From: Candidatus Latescibacterota bacterium
GTDB lineage: Bacteria > Latescibacterota > UBA2968 > UBA8231
Assembly: GCA_965217585.1 (NCBI GenBank)
Contig: OZ244561.1
Span: 32,001-96,000 of the forward strand
Length of the DNA: 64,000 bases
Reading direction: 5' to 3'
The translations under genes and the position numbers were made by a program. A model generated the notes under the pieces. The model was given only the letters and a program-made list of their open reading frames with translations, had not been told where the DNA came from and searched no databases. Shown piece by piece: positions 39,438-50,206 of this stretch (the stretch's first letter is position 1; the number at the start of each line of letters is the position of its first letter).

Positions 39438-40121
39438 ATGAACCGCTTGCTTTTTGCCGCACCCCTTCTCTTCGCGCTGACCTTAGCCGCCGTTCCGGCC
39501 GATGCCGGGGTTGGCTTTGGTGCCGACGTAGTCAATCGCTACGTGTGGCGCGGCACGGATTTTGGCAATGCCGTCAGCGTCCAGCCGGGCATGTCCATCA
39601 GCCACGGCAACGTCGAAATCGGCGCTTGGTCGTCGTGGGCAATCACCGACGGTGGCGCCAACGAAAACGACCTCTACGCCAGCTTCTCTTCCGGCCCTAT
39701 CGGCATTACCCTGACCGACTACTACTTCCCGGGCCTAACCGAAGATGACATGTTCTTTAGCTACAGCGACGAAGACGCAGTACATATCCTCGAAATCAGC
39801 GCGTCCCTCGCCCCCGATGGCGTACCCTTGAGCGCCCTAGTCGCTTACAATGTATCCGGCGACGCCGATGATTCGTTCTGGGCAGAAGCGACCTACGACT
39901 TGGGCGAAATGGAAGAAACCGCCGTCAGCGTCACCGTCGGCCTCGGCAACGGGTTTTACACATATGAACTCGACGAAGATCCGGACGACGGCGAAGATCC
40001 GGACGACACCGTGGCTCTGGTCACCGTCGGCCTCAACATGAGCAAGGGCGATTACTTCGCCTCCTATATCCTCAACCCCAACAGGGAATCCACCTTCCTC
40101 GTCTTTGGCAGGAGCTTCTAA
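39438..40121 (+). CDS. TorF-like putative outer-membrane porin
   Basis: AGGAG RBS, signal peptide, [23 protein letters not shown]-terminal Phe. Confidence 0.7.
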   Translation: MNRLLFAAPLLFALTLAAVPADAGVGFGADVVNRYVWRGTDFGNAVSVQPGMSISHGNVEIGAWSSWAITDGGANENDLYASFSSGPIGITLTDYYFPGLTEDDMFFSYSDEDAVHILEISASLAPDGVPLSALVAYNVSGDADDSFWAEATYDLGEMEETAVSVTVGLGNGFYTYELDEDPDDGEDPDDTVALVTVGLNMSKGDYFASYILNPNRESTFLVFGRSF

Positions 40122-40239
40122 AACCTGGTCGGCATCCCGCGCAACTAAACGGCGGGAGCAGACCAGAAGCAGGGGGCGCGTGCTGCGGGGAACGCGCCCC
40201 CTGATCCCATCTCAACTACTTTTTGCGAAAGGAATTCTC

Positions 40240-41715
40240 ATGGCCAAAGCCAAAGCCAAGACCAAAACGAAAGCCAAAGCTAAAACGAAGTCATCCGGGC
40301 CTAGCGCGGTAGAGTCTGCGCTGGCCCTAGCACGCGACCAACAAGCACAGATGGTCGATTTCAAGTTCGTCGATCTGCCCGGCACTTGGCAGCATTTTAC
40401 CATGCCCATTGCCGACCTCGAACCCGACCTGTTCGACGACGGCCTCGGCTTCGACGGCTCCTCCATCCGCGGCTGGAAGGCCATTGACGAATCCGACATG
40501 CTCGTCGTGCCCGATCCAACCACCGCGGTCATGGATCCGTTCACCGAGGTGCCGACCCTGTCGCTGATTTGCTCGATTGAAGACCCCATCACCCGCCAGC
40601 CCTATGCCCGCGATCCCCGTGGCGTCGCCCAGCGCGCCCAAGCCTACTTGCTGCGCACCCAGCTGGCCGACACGGCCTTCTTCGGGCCGGAAGCGGAGTT
40701 TTTCATCTTCGACAACATCCAGTTCGACCAGCAAGCCCATCAAGCCTTCTATGCGATTGACTCAGCCGAAGGCCGCTGGAACAGCGGTGCCGACGAAGGG
40801 CCCAACCTCGGCTACAAGCCCGACTACAAGGGCGGCTACTTCCCCGTCCCTCCCACCGACTCCCTGCAAGACCTGCGCACTGAGATGGTGCAGACGATGC
40901 TCGACTGCGGCATCGACGTGGAGATTCACCACCACGAGGTGGGCACCGCCGGCCAAGGCGAGATCGACATCCGCTTTTGTCCGCTGCTTATTTGCGGCGA
41001 CCGGATGATGATGTATAAATACATCGTCAAGAATGTCGCGCATCAGCATGGCAAGACCGCCACGTTCATGCCCAAGCCGCTATTTGAGGACAACGGCACC
41101 GGCATGCACACTCACCAGAGTCTGTGGCAGGGCGACCAGCCGCTGTTTGCTGGCAGCGGCTACGCCGGCCTCAGCCAGATGGCCTTGCACTACATCGGCG
41201 GGCTGTTGCACCACGCACCGGCGCTGTTGGCATTCACTAATCCGACGACCAACTCCTACAAGCGGCTAGTGCCCGGCTACGAGGCCCCGGTCAACTTGGC
41301 TTACTCCCAGCGCAACCGCAGTGCCTCGGTGCGCATCCCGATGTATTCACCCAGTCCTAAGAGCAAGCGGGTGGAGTTCCGCTGCCCCGACCCGTCGTGC
41401 AACATCTACTTGGCGCTGTCGGCGATGCTGATGGCGGGGTTGGACGGCATTGAGCAGCAGATGGATCCGGGGGAACCACTGGACAAGAATCTGTATGATC
41501 TGTCGGCGGAGGAGCGAGCGGGCGTACCACAGACGGCGGCTTCGTTGGAGGCGTCGTTGGATCACTTGGAGCAGGATCGGGACTTTCTGTTGCAGGGGGA
41601 TGTGTTCTCCGACGACCTGATCGACGCGTGGATTGACTACAAGCGCACCGAGGAGGTCGATGCCATCCGCTTGCGTCCCCATCCCTATGAGTTCGCCCTC
41701 TACTACGACGTGTAA
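40240..41715 (+). CDS. glnA: Glutamine synthetase type I (GSI-beta)
   Basis: [43 protein letters not shown] adenylylation site; ATG 40240. Confidence 0.96.
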   Translation: MAKAKAKTKTKAKAKTKSSGPSAVESALALARDQQAQMVDFKFVDLPGTWQHFTMPIADLEPDLFDDGLGFDGSSIRGWKAIDESDMLVVPDPTTAVMDPFTEVPTLSLICSIEDPITRQPYARDPRGVAQRAQAYLLRTQLADTAFFGPEAEFFIFDNIQFDQQAHQAFYAIDSAEGRWNSGADEGPNLGYKPDYKGGYFPVPPTDSLQDLRTEMVQTMLDCGIDVEIHHHEVGTAGQGEIDIRFCPLLICGDRMMMYKYIVKNVAHQHGKTATFMPKPLFEDNGTGMHTHQSLWQGDQPLFAGSGYAGLSQMALHYIGGLLHHAPALLAFTNPTTNSYKRLVPGYEAPVNLAYSQRNRSASVRIPMYSPSPKSKRVEFRCPDPSCNIYLALSAMLMAGLDGIEQQMDPGEPLDKNLYDLSAEERAGVPQTAASLEASLDHLEQDRDFLLQGDVFSDDLIDAWIDYKRTEEVDAIRLRPHPYEFALYYDV

Positions 41716-41745
41716 ACAACTACCTACTACAAATACAAACGACAC

Positions 41746-41780
41746 AAAGGGGCGGTGCCAGCTTGGCATCGTCCCTTTTT
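41746..41780 (+). terminator. Intrinsic terminator after glnA
   Basis: AAAGGGGCGGTGCCA-GCT-TGGCATCGTCCCTTT stem ending in a T-tract. Confidence 0.75.
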
Positions 41781-41839
41781 ACATTTTGGTACGTCCGCGC
41801 GTTTTTCGTATATTCAGCCCCCCAAAATAAGGAGAATGT

Positions 41840-42634
41840 ATGCGCTTCTTGACGATTCTCGTGCTCGCCGCCCTCCCACTCGCAACGTACGCCGAAACAG
41901 GTCTGCAAGCGCAGTACGCAGTCCAACGCGCCCTCGAACCGGTCGTCGTCGATGGCAAATTGGACGAATTCTCGTGGGAAAGGGCGCATCAAATCAACCG
42001 CTTTGAGCGCATCCTCAACGATTACGACGAGGTGCTCTTTCCCACGCGGGCGAAGATGCTGTGGGATAGCGACTACTTTTACTTTGCCTTCGTCTGTCAA
42101 GATGCGGACATGTGGGCCATTTACGAAGAGGAAGACGATCCGCTGTGGGGAGAAGAAGTCGTGGAGATTTTTATCGACCCCGACGGCGACGGCAAACGCT
42201 ACCTAGAGCTGGAGGTCAACCCACGCAATGTGGTCGTCGATTTGCTGATCTATTCGGTGTCGCCCGAGTGGCACTCGTCCAAAGACTGGGATATCGCCGG
42301 GCTTAAAACAGCAGTCCAAGCCCACGGCACCGTGAACGACTCGCTCGCGCTCGACTGGGGCTGGACCGCGGAAATCGCCATCCCCTGGGCCGCTTTGGCG
42401 GACAGCGTCACCGGCGGTGCGCGCCCGACAGCAGGCGATGTCTGGCGGCTCAACCTCTACCGCATCGAACGCAAGGGCGGACGCAATCTAAAAAGCCGCC
42501 TAAACGACCTCCAAGACTCTGACGCGCTCCAGCAGCACTACCACGAGCAGACCGAGTACACGGCCTGGAGCGAAACCTACCAGCGCGGCTTTCACCACCC
42601 CGACCGCTTTGGCGCGGTGCAATTTGCGGAATGA
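41840..42634 (+). CDS. Carbohydrate-binding family 9-like (DOMON-like) secreted protein
   Basis: Signal peptide; DGKLDE.SW, KMLWD, EIFIDPDGDG..YLELEVNP, WTAEIAIPW, FH.PDRFG. Confidence 0.8.
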   Translation: MRFLTILVLAALPLATYAETGLQAQYAVQRALEPVVVDGKLDEFSWERAHQINRFERILNDYDEVLFPTRAKMLWDSDYFYFAFVCQDADMWAIYEEEDDPLWGEEVVEIFIDPDGDGKRYLELEVNPRNVVVDLLIYSVSPEWHSSKDWDIAGLKTAVQAHGTVNDSLALDWGWTAEIAIPWAALADSVTGGARPTAGDVWRLNLYRIERKGGRNLKSRLNDLQDSDALQQHYHEQTEYTAWSETYQRGFHHPDRFGAVQFAE

Positions 42635-42640
42635 GTATCC

Positions 42641-43234
42641 ATGAATAAGCTCTTAACCCTCTGCCTTTTGCTCGCCCTGCCGGCGCTGGCCGCGGCCGAC
42701 GAGGAAGGCATGGTATGGATCGGCCCAGACTTCTACATCGACATCTACGAGTACCCCAACCAGCGCGGCACCCTCCCCAAAGTCGACGTCACTTGGGGCG
42801 AAGCGGAATCGCTCTGCGCAGCGCAGGGCAAGCGGCTGTGTACCGAACAGGAATGGCAGAAAGCCTGCACCGGGCCGCAGAACTTCGCGTACTCCTATGG
42901 CGCGGAATTCGAGCCGGGGCGCTGCAATACGCGCTTTGCCGTCGATGGAGTCTGGCAGCGCGGACCGGGCCTAGCGCCCAGCGGCGCGTATGAACGCTGC
43001 ACCAATGTCTACGGGGTCTATGACATGATCGGCAATGCTTGGGAGTGGACCGCATCTTGGTATTCGCGCTCCGACCGCTGGCGGATCGTGCGCGGCGGCT
43101 CCTTTTTCCACAGCGTCAACCTAGCCCGGGCCGACACTCGCTACGGGCGATTCCTCGACTCCGACTACCACCTCGATTTAGTAGGGTTCCGCTGCTGTCG
43201 CTCGGCGGCTCCCCCCCAAGCCCAAGCGCCGTAA
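42641..43234 (+). CDS. FGE-sulfatase (SUMF1/PvdO-like) domain protein
   Basis: KRLCTEQEW, N.YGVYDMIGNAWEW, RGGSF, GFRCC. Confidence 0.85.
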   Translation: MNKLLTLCLLLALPALAAADEEGMVWIGPDFYIDIYEYPNQRGTLPKVDVTWGEAESLCAAQGKRLCTEQEWQKACTGPQNFAYSYGAEFEPGRCNTRFAVDGVWQRGPGLAPSGAYERCTNVYGVYDMIGNAWEWTASWYSRSDRWRIVRGGSFFHSVNLARADTRYGRFLDSDYHLDLVGFRCCRSAAPPQAQAP

Positions 43235-43238
43235 CGCC

Positions 43239-43775
43239 ATGGCCATTCGCAAGGTGTCGCGGATGGGGCATCCAGTGCTGCGCCAACGCGCCGCAGAGAT
43301 CCCCCCTGCCCAGATGCAAAGCCCCCAGATGCAGCGCTTAATCGACGACATGATCGAGACCATGATCGACTACGAGGGCATTGGTTTGGCTGCGCCGCAA
43401 GTCTTTGAACCCTTGCGGCTGATCGTCCTCGGCGACCCCGCAGCCGACCCCCAAGACGAGGCCGCCATACCGCTGACCGTGCTCTTCAATCCGCAGTTTA
43501 CCACCCTGTCACCAGAGCGCCTAGATAGCTGGGAAGGCTGCTTGAGCATCCCCCAACTGCGCGGTGTCGTCCCGCGCTCGGCAGCCGTCGAGGTCCGGGG
43601 CTACGACCGCGAGGGTCAAGCGGTGGAGCAGGCGGCAGAGGGGCTTTGCGCCCGCGTCCTCCAGCACGAAATCGACCATCTCGACGGCGTGCTCTTCCCA
43701 GACCGCATGGCCGATCTACAGACCCTTACCTTTCTAGAAGAATGCCAGCGCTATTGGCTCAATGCCGAAGCGTGA
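43239..43775 (+). CDS. def: Peptide deformylase
   Basis: GIGLAAPQV, EGCLS, QHEIDHL. Confidence 0.95.
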   Translation: MAIRKVSRMGHPVLRQRAAEIPPAQMQSPQMQRLIDDMIETMIDYEGIGLAAPQVFEPLRLIVLGDPAADPQDEAAIPLTVLFNPQFTTLSPERLDSWEGCLSIPQLRGVVPRSAAVEVRGYDREGQAVEQAAEGLCARVLQHEIDHLDGVLFPDRMADLQTLTFLEECQRYWLNAEA

Positions 43776-43866
43776 GGCCGCCGGGTCGGTGATAGGGCCG
43801 ACTTGACAACCGCCCCAGACCTAGTACTATGTTTGCGTCCATTTCCCAACCCTCTCAGATACGCCC

Positions 43867-46800
43867 ATGGATCCCCGTTTCTCACTCGAACAAGGCACGG
43901 GCATTTACACCGGCAACGAGCTGATTGTTAAGGGTGCCTTAGAAAGCCAAGTCGGCATCATTACCGGGTACCCCGGCTCGCCCTTGGCCGAGCTTTTCGA
44001 GACCCTCGAAAACAACAAGGACCTCTTTAACGAACACGGCATCGTCGCTCAGATCGCCAACAACGAAGCCCTCGCCGCCGCCCGCCTCAACGGCTCGCAG
44101 ATGGAGGGCATTCGCGCCTTGGCCGTGATGAAGAGCGTCGGCCTGCACGTGGCGGCCGACGGGTTGGCCCTCGGCAATATGGTCGGTGCGTCGCCCAGCG
44201 GGGGTGTCCTAGTCGCCGTGGGCGATGACACCTGGTCCGAGGGGACCCAAGTACCGGCTGACTCGCGCTTTCTATCCCAGCATCTCTACATGCCGGTCCT
44301 CGAACCCGCGACCTTTCAGGAAATCAAGGACTGGATCGGGAAGGGCTTTGAGTTGTCGCGGCGCTCGTGCCTCTATCTGACCTATCTGGTCACCTCCAAC
44401 CAAGCCGACGGTGGTGGCAGCGTCACCGTCTATCCCAACCGCTTTCCCGCTCTCAACCGCAAGCAGCGCATCGCGCTGGACACCAGCGCCATTTGCTCTG
44501 ACGACCGCGTCATCATCCCGCCGGCCACGGCGCACAAAGAGCGCGAAGTCGTCCACCAGCGCTATCCCCACCTGTGGCAGCTAGCGCGGGAGGCGGGCAT
44601 CAACCAAATCCTCTATCCTCCGAGCGCGGCCCCCAAGCCGCTGGGCTTTATCACCTCTGGCTTGGCTTATAGCTATCTCGAACACGCCCTACACATCCTC
44701 GGGCTGACCGGGCATTTCCCCATCCTCAAGCTGGGCATTACCTACCCGGTCGATCCCCACATGATCGCGCGCTTTGCCGATTGCGCGCAGACCTTCTGCG
44801 TGGTCGAGGAAAAGCGGCCCTTTATCGAGCCGCAGATCGCCGCCGAGTTGGCGCGGCAACAAGACCTCGGCCCCGCGCTGTGGGGCAAGCACTTCCCGGG
44901 CAATGTCCCGGGCTTTCCCGATGTCCAAGGCCTGCACCCCTCGCTCATCGTCCAAACCCTATCGCGCCTCTTCGCTGCGCTGGACGCCGAGCTACCCATC
45001 GACCGCGAGAAACTACAGGCCGAACTCGACGCCTTGGCACCCGTGCCCTCCACCACGACCGTGCCACCGCGCGCGCCCTCTTTCTGCCCGGGGTGCCCAC
45101 ATCGCGACTCGGCTAGCGTGCTCAAGAAAGCCGCGGCCGACTTGGCTGCGCCGCCCGAGGGCCAGGCTCCCGTAGATTTGGTCTTCCACGGCGACATCGG
45201 CTGCTATTCCATGCTCAAATACGCGCCGTTTTCCGAGTTGATGCACAATCTTTCCGGCATGGGCTTGGGCGGCGGCACCGGCGCGGGCATCGACCCCTTC
45301 ATCGATAACAAACAGGTCGTCTTCATGGGGGATTCGACCTTTTTCCACACCGGTATGATCGCCATCTCCGACTCGATCAAAAACGGCCAGGACATCACCT
45401 ACATCATCCTCGACAACAAGACCACGGCCATGACCGGGCACCAGCCCACCCCGGGTGTGGATGTCGATGTCCTCGGCAAACCGACCTTTGCCCAAGACAT
45501 CGAAAAGACCGTCGCCGGCCTAGCCGGGGACTCGTCGGCTTTTATCGCCCGCATGGACCCATCCCAACGCCAGGCCTACGACGCCCTCGTCCGCAAAACC
45601 TTGCTCCGCGACGGGGTCAAAATCATCATCGCCGACAAGGAATGCGGCATCACCTACCACCGCCGCGAGCGGGCGCGCCAGAGCGCGATCGCCAAAGAAC
45701 AGGGCTTCCTGCCGGTCGAAAAGCACATCAACATCAGCGAAGACGTCTGCGAGTACTGCCTCGAATGCACCCAGGCCACCGGATGCAGCGGCCTGACGGT
45801 CGCGGCCGCCACCGAGTACGGCCCCAAGATCGCCATCGACTCTTCCTCCTGCGTTGCCGACGGGGCCTGCACCCGGGTCGAAGTCGGCGATGGCGACAAA
45901 ACCTGTCCCTCGTTTGAGGAGATCACCGTCCATCGCAAAGCCCCACCCACCGTCTCGACCCCTCCCATTGACGTCGGCCAGTTGCCCACGCCCGCACACC
46001 GTCCCCTCTCCGACATCTGGTACACCTACATAGCCGGGGTCGGCGGCATGGGCGTCAATGTAGTGGCCTCGGTGCTGGCTCAAGCCGGGGTGCGGCAGGG
46101 CTACGAGGTGCGGCTGACCAACAAGAAAGGGCTGGCCATCCGCAACGGCTCGGTCTATTCGCATTTGAGCTACGCGCCCAAGGGCACCCCGGTCTCCCCG
46201 CTGATTCCCTGCGGCAAGGCCGACTTGCTCTTCGGGCTCGACGTACTCGAAGCGGCGCGGGGCCTCGAACCCCAAGGCCGCTACCGCATCGCCCACCCGG
46301 AGCGCACCGCAGCCATCGTCAATACCGCCAAGACCCCCACGATCGACACCCTCATCGGCCAAGAGGACTTCTCGGCCGAAGTCCAAGCCGACCTGATCCA
46401 CCAACACACCCGCCAAGACGCGTACTTCGGCGCGGATCTCTTCCGCATCTGCGAGCACTACTTGGGCAACAAGCTCTACGCCAACATCATGATGCTCGGC
46501 GTGGCCTTCCAGCGCGGGTTGCTCTCCCTAGAACTAGACACCTTGCTCTGGGCCATAGGCCGAGCCGTGCGCCGCGACTTAGAAACGAATCTAAAAGCCT
46601 TTAACATGGGGCGGTACCTAGCGCTCGATCCGAACCATTTTCCACTCGAAGAAAAACCACTTAGCTACGCCGAACTCGTCGCCGATAAAACTGCGCTACT
46701 GGCCCGGACGCGGGGCAAGCGCGTCGCCGAGGCCTACCGCGACCACATCCGCGATACGCCCATCGTCGTAGCGCGACGGCACTTCGCGCTGCGGGTGTAC

Positions 46801-47421
46801 GACCTAATCCAGTACGAAGACCTCGATTACGCCGACCGCTATATCCACCAAGTGCTCTCAGTGCAAGCCAAAGACGGACCCGAGCGCAATTTCGCAGCCA
46901 CCCGCGCGGTCATCCACCAGCTCGCCAAGGTCCTCGCCATCAAGGACGAAATCTACGTGGCCTATCTGCTCACCTGCGAGGAGAAGTACCGCCGCGACCG
47001 CCGCCGCTACAACATCGACCCGAGCCGCGGCGACCGCATCCGCTACCGCCACCTGAACCGGCCGCACCTGCGCCTGTTTGGCCGCGACTTTCGCCCGGAT
47101 ATCAAGCTGGGCGATAGGCCGCTGAAGTTGATCGCCCGCATGAAGTTCCTCCGCCGGCTCTGCTCCTCGTGGTGGCACCGCGAAGAACGCGACTTCGCCG
47201 CTTGGTACGAAAGCCTGATCGCCGACTTTTCCCCTCGCTCCGCAGACGAGTACGACACTTGGGTGCAAGTTCTGTCGCTGCCCGAGGAGGTGCGCGGCTA
47301 CCGCGGCGTCCGGCAGCCCAAGATGGAGGCGGCCAAGGAGCGGGCCGCCGAGCTGCTAGCCGGGCGCGAGATCGCCCCAGACCCGGCGCTGTTGCAGATC
47401 CCCGTATCCACTGTAAGCTAA
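43867..47421 (+). CDS. Fused indolepyruvate:ferredoxin oxidoreductase family protein
   Basis: GYPGSPL, FCPGCPH, GDIGC, GDSTFFH, TAMTGHQ, ferredoxin-like Cys cluster, GVGGMG beta domain, KDEIYVA. Confidence 0.88.
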   Translation: MDPRFSLEQGTGIYTGNELIVKGALESQVGIITGYPGSPLAELFETLENNKDLFNEHGIVAQIANNEALAAARLNGSQMEGIRALAVMKSVGLHVAADGLALGNMVGASPSGGVLVAVGDDTWSEGTQVPADSRFLSQHLYMPVLEPATFQEIKDWIGKGFELSRRSCLYLTYLVTSNQADGGGSVTVYPNRFPALNRKQRIALDTSAICSDDRVIIPPATAHKEREVVHQRYPHLWQLAREAGINQILYPPSAAPKPLGFITSGLAYSYLEHALHILGLTGHFPILKLGITYPVDPHMIARFADCAQTFCVVEEKRPFIEPQIAAELARQQDLGPALWGKHFPGNVPGFPDVQGLHPSLIVQTLSRLFAALDAELPIDREKLQAELDALAPVPSTTTVPPRAPSFCPGCPHRDSASVLKKAAADLAAPPEGQAPVDLVFHGDIGCYSMLKYAPFSELMHNLSGMGLGGGTGAGIDPFIDNKQVVFMGDSTFFHTGMIAISDSIKNGQDITYIILDNKTTAMTGHQPTPGVDVDVLGKPTFAQDIEKTVAGLAGDSSAFIARMDPSQRQAYDALVRKTLLRDGVKIIIADKECGITYHRRERARQSAIAKEQGFLPVEKHINISEDVCEYCLECTQATGCSGLTVAAATEYGPKIAIDSSSCVADGACTRVEVGDGDKTCPSFEEITVHRKAPPTVSTPPIDVGQLPTPAHRPLSDIWYTYIAGVGGMGVNVVASVLAQAGVRQGYEVRLTNKKGLAIRNGSVYSHLSYAPKGTPVSPLIPCGKADLLFGLDVLEAARGLEPQGRYRIAHPERTAAIVNTAKTPTIDTLIGQEDFSAEVQADLIHQHTRQDAYFGADLFRICEHYLGNKLYANIMMLGVAFQRGLLSLELDTLLWAIGRAVRRDLETNLKAFNMGRYLALDPNHFPLEEKPLSYAELVADKTALLARTRGKRVAEAYRDHIRDTPIVVARRHFALRVYDLIQYEDLDYADRYIHQVLSVQAKDGPERNFAATRAVIHQLAKVLAIKDEIYVAYLLTCEEKYRRDRRRYNIDPSRGDRIRYRHLNRPHLRLFGRDFRPDIKLGDRPLKLIARMKFLRRLCSSWWHREERDFAAWYESLIADFSPRSADEYDTWVQVLSLPEEVRGYRGVRQPKMEAAKERAAELLAGREIAPDPALLQIPVSTVS

Positions 47422-47425
47422 CCTC

Positions 47426-47893
47426 GTGATTCGCCCCTATCGCCCAGAGGACTTGGCCGTGCTCAAGCGCATTACGGCCGTCTGCTTCCCCGGGGTATCC
47501 ATCGACCACAACATCGAGCAGCGCTTCGGGCTAATCGGCGACCGCGACTGGCAATTTCGCAAGCTGCGCCATATTGACGACGACGTGGCCGGCGAGCGGG
47601 CGAGCGGCGTCTTTGTATGGGAATCAGACGGCGAGATCGTCGGCTACATCACCACCCGCATCGACCACGAGAGCAAAATCGGCGGGATTCCCAACCTTGC
47701 CGTCCTGCCGCACCGCCAAGGTGAGGGCATGGGCCGCCAGCTCTTAGAGCACGCCCTAGCGCACCTGCGCGCCGCCGGTATGGAGTGCGCCAAAATCGAG
47801 ACGCTGGCGCAAAACCCCATCGGCGCGCACTTGTATCCCAGCCTCGGTTTTGAGGAAGTCGCCCGCCAGATCCACTATTGCACGCGCCTTTGA
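47426..47893 (+). CDS. GNAT N-acetyltransferase
   Basis: LAV.P.RQGEGMGRQL, LYPSLGF. Confidence 0.85.
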   Translation: MIRPYRPEDLAVLKRITAVCFPGVSIDHNIEQRFGLIGDRDWQFRKLRHIDDDVAGERASGVFVWESDGEIVGYITTRIDHESKIGGIPNLAVLPHRQGEGMGRQLLEHALAHLRAAGMECAKIETLAQNPIGAHLYPSLGFEEVARQIHYCTRL

Positions 47894-47905
47894 ATTGGTA
47901 ACGAC

Positions 47906-48586
47906 ATGACGCCGAAAGAAGCCGCAGGCCGCCGCGCCGCCGAATACATTGAAGCCGATATGATCGTGGGATTGGGCACTGGCTCGACCGTCGAATGGAC
48001 CATCCGCGCCCTCGGGGAGCGCGTCGCGGCCGGGCTGGCGGTTACGGCCATCCCCACCTCAGAAGCCACGACCGCCTTAGCCCACTCCCTCGACATTGAA
48101 CTGACGACGCTCGCCGAAGTGTCCAGCGTCGATTTGACCATCGACGGGGCCGACGAGGTCGATCCCAGCCTCGACTTAATCAAGGGCCTCGGCGGCGCGC
48201 TCCTGCGCGAGAAAATCGTCGCCTCCATCACCGCGCGCCAAATCATTGTCGCTGATCCATCCAAGCTAGTCGATCGGCTCGGCACCAAGGCCCCGCTGCC
48301 GGTCGAGGTCGTCCCTTGGGCCCATCCCCTCGTCGCGCGGGGTCTCGAAGAGCGGGGCCTCGCCCCGGCCTTGCGCTTGCGCGCTCCGAACATCCCGTTT
48401 GTCACCGACAACGGCAACTACGTCATCGACGCTCGCTTTCCCGAGGGGATCGACGACGCCCGCGCAACCGAGCGCTGGCTCAACACCCTGCCTGGGGTCG
48501 TGGAAAACGGACTTTTTATCGGGATGACCCATCTCGTGATCGTCGGCCAAGACGACGGCTCCTGCCACCTGATCAACAAAAGCTGA
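47906..48586 (+). CDS. rpiA: Ribose-5-phosphate isomerase A
   Basis: GLGTGST, DGADEVD, IKG.GGALLREKIV, TDNGN. Confidence 0.95.
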   Translation: MTPKEAAGRRAAEYIEADMIVGLGTGSTVEWTIRALGERVAAGLAVTAIPTSEATTALAHSLDIELTTLAEVSSVDLTIDGADEVDPSLDLIKGLGGALLREKIVASITARQIIVADPSKLVDRLGTKAPLPVEVVPWAHPLVARGLEERGLAPALRLRAPNIPFVTDNGNYVIDARFPEGIDDARATERWLNTLPGVVENGLFIGMTHLVIVGQDDGSCHLINKS

Positions 48587-48593
48587 GATTCCT

Positions 48594-49721
48594 ATGCACG
48601 ATTCTGCACCACGCTCGCGCCGCTCCTTTCTGCAAAGCGCCCCGCTGCTAGCGGCTGGCACCTTGGCCGCCTGTGGCGAGAGCCAGCAACAGCAAGCGGC
48701 CCCGGCCGTCCAATCCCAACAGCACTTCAAGTGGAAGATGGTCACCACCTGGCCCAAGGACTTTCCGGCTTTGGGCACCGGAGCCAACAACCTCGCCCAC
48801 AGCATTGCGGCTCTCTCCGGGGGACGCCTGCAAGTCAAGGTGTACGGCGCGGGTGAGCTGGTGCCGGCCTCGGGCGTATTCGACGCGGTCTCCGGCGGCA
48901 CCGCCGAGATGGGCCACGGAGCCGCTTACTACTGGAAGGGCAAGCACGAGGCGACCCAGTTTTTCTCGGCCGTCCCTTTTGGGCTAAACGCGGCCGAGAT
49001 CAACGGCTGGCTGCGCTATGGTGGCGGCCAGAGCCTGTGGGACGAACTCTACGCCGACTTCAACCTCCGAGCCTTTCCCGTCGGCAACACCGGCGTGCAG
49101 ATGGGCGGTTGGTTCAACAGGGAAATCAACACCTTGGCTGACTTCTCCGGCTTGGTCATGCGGATGCCGGGCTTGGGCGGCGAGGTCCTGCGCCGCCTAG
49201 AAGTCACGGTCAAAGCCCTGCCCGGCGGCGAGATTTTCCAAGCCCTCAAGACCGGTGCCATCGACGCCACCGAATGGGTCGGCCCGTACAACGATCTCGC
49301 CTTTGGGCTGCACCAAGCCGCCCAATACTACTACTGGCCGGGCTGGCACGAGCCGGGAACGGCGCTAGAGTGCATGGTCAACAAGCAAGCCTTGGAAGCC
49401 CTCCCCTCCGACCTCCAAGCAGTCGTCGCATACGCCTGCCAAGCGGCCAACGACGACATGCTCAGCGAGTTCACCGCGCGCAATAGCCAAGCCCTCAAGA
49501 CCTTGGTGGACGAACACGGCGTCCAACTCCGGCGCTTCTCCGACGAGCTCTTGGCGCAAATCGGCAAAGTGTCCGCCGAAGTCGTCGCCGAGATCGCGGG
49601 CCAAGACCCCTTTTCCAGCCGGGTCTATAGCTCGTTTGATGCCTTCCGCAAAAACTCCATCGCGTACACGCGCATCTCCGAGGAAGCCTATACCCAGGCC
49701 CGCGCCCTGACCTTTGGCTGA
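48594..49721 (+). CDS. dctP: TRAP substrate-binding protein (TakP-like, Tat lipoprotein)
   Basis: SRRSFL Tat motif plus LAAC; YYWKGK, GNTGVQMGGWF, RMPGLGG, DATEWVGP. Confidence 0.88.
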   Translation: MHDSAPRSRRSFLQSAPLLAAGTLAACGESQQQQAAPAVQSQQHFKWKMVTTWPKDFPALGTGANNLAHSIAALSGGRLQVKVYGAGELVPASGVFDAVSGGTAEMGHGAAYYWKGKHEATQFFSAVPFGLNAAEINGWLRYGGGQSLWDELYADFNLRAFPVGNTGVQMGGWFNREINTLADFSGLVMRMPGLGGEVLRRLEVTVKALPGGEIFQALKTGAIDATEWVGPYNDLAFGLHQAAQYYYWPGWHEPGTALECMVNKQALEALPSDLQAVVAYACQAANDDMLSEFTARNSQALKTLVDEHGVQLRRFSDELLAQIGKVSAEVVAEIAGQDPFSSRVYSSFDAFRKNSIAYTRISEEAYTQARALTFG

Positions 49722-49729
49722 CGCCCGGT

Positions 49730-50206
49730 ATGGAACGCCTCAACCGCTTCATCGTCCACACCGTGCCTTGGCTGACGCTGGGTATGGTCTTGGTGACCTT
49801 TGTCATCGTGATCTTGCGCTATCTCTTTGGGCGCGGCTGGGTCTGGATGCAGGAAATAGCCCTGTACATGCACGCCTTTACCTTCCTCCTCGCGGCCGGC
49901 TACACCCTCTCGCGCGACGCGCACGTCCGCGTCGATATCCTCTACCGGCCCTTGGGCGTCCGCCGCAAAGCCCTAGTCAACCTCTTGGGCAGCGCGCTGC
50001 TGCTGATCCCCTGCTGCTCGGTGCTGTTCTACCAGTCGCTGCCCTTTGTCGCCGGCTCTTGGGCCGTGCTCGAAGGCTCCCAAGACGGCGGCGGCTTAGA
50101 GGCAGTCTATCTGCTCAAAACCGCCATTCCCCTGTGCTTCGCGCTGCTGTTTTTGCAAGCTCTAGCCATCATTCACCACAGCGTACAAACCCTCCGCACC
50201 CAATGA
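49730..50206 (+). CDS. dctQ: TRAP small permease
   Basis: Four TM segments, HVRVDILY. Confidence 0.85.
   Translation: MERLNRFIVHTVPWLTLGMVLVTFVIVILRYLFGRGWVWMQEIALYMHAFTFLLAAGYTLSRDAHVRVDILYRPLGVRRKALVNLLGSALLLIPCCSVLFYQSLPFVAGSWAVLEGSQDGGGLEAVYLLKTAIPLCFALLFLQALAIIHHSVQTLRTQ

Noticed and set aside
40127-40203. Glutamine (glnA) riboswitch
   Set aside because: A GGAACG-like 3' segment exists but the matching 5' CGTTC strand and three-way junction are not evident
49714-50202. N-terminal extension making a 627-aa DctM or DctQM fusion
   Set aside because: The extension is an alternate frame over dctQ; dctM has its own coupled ATG at 50203
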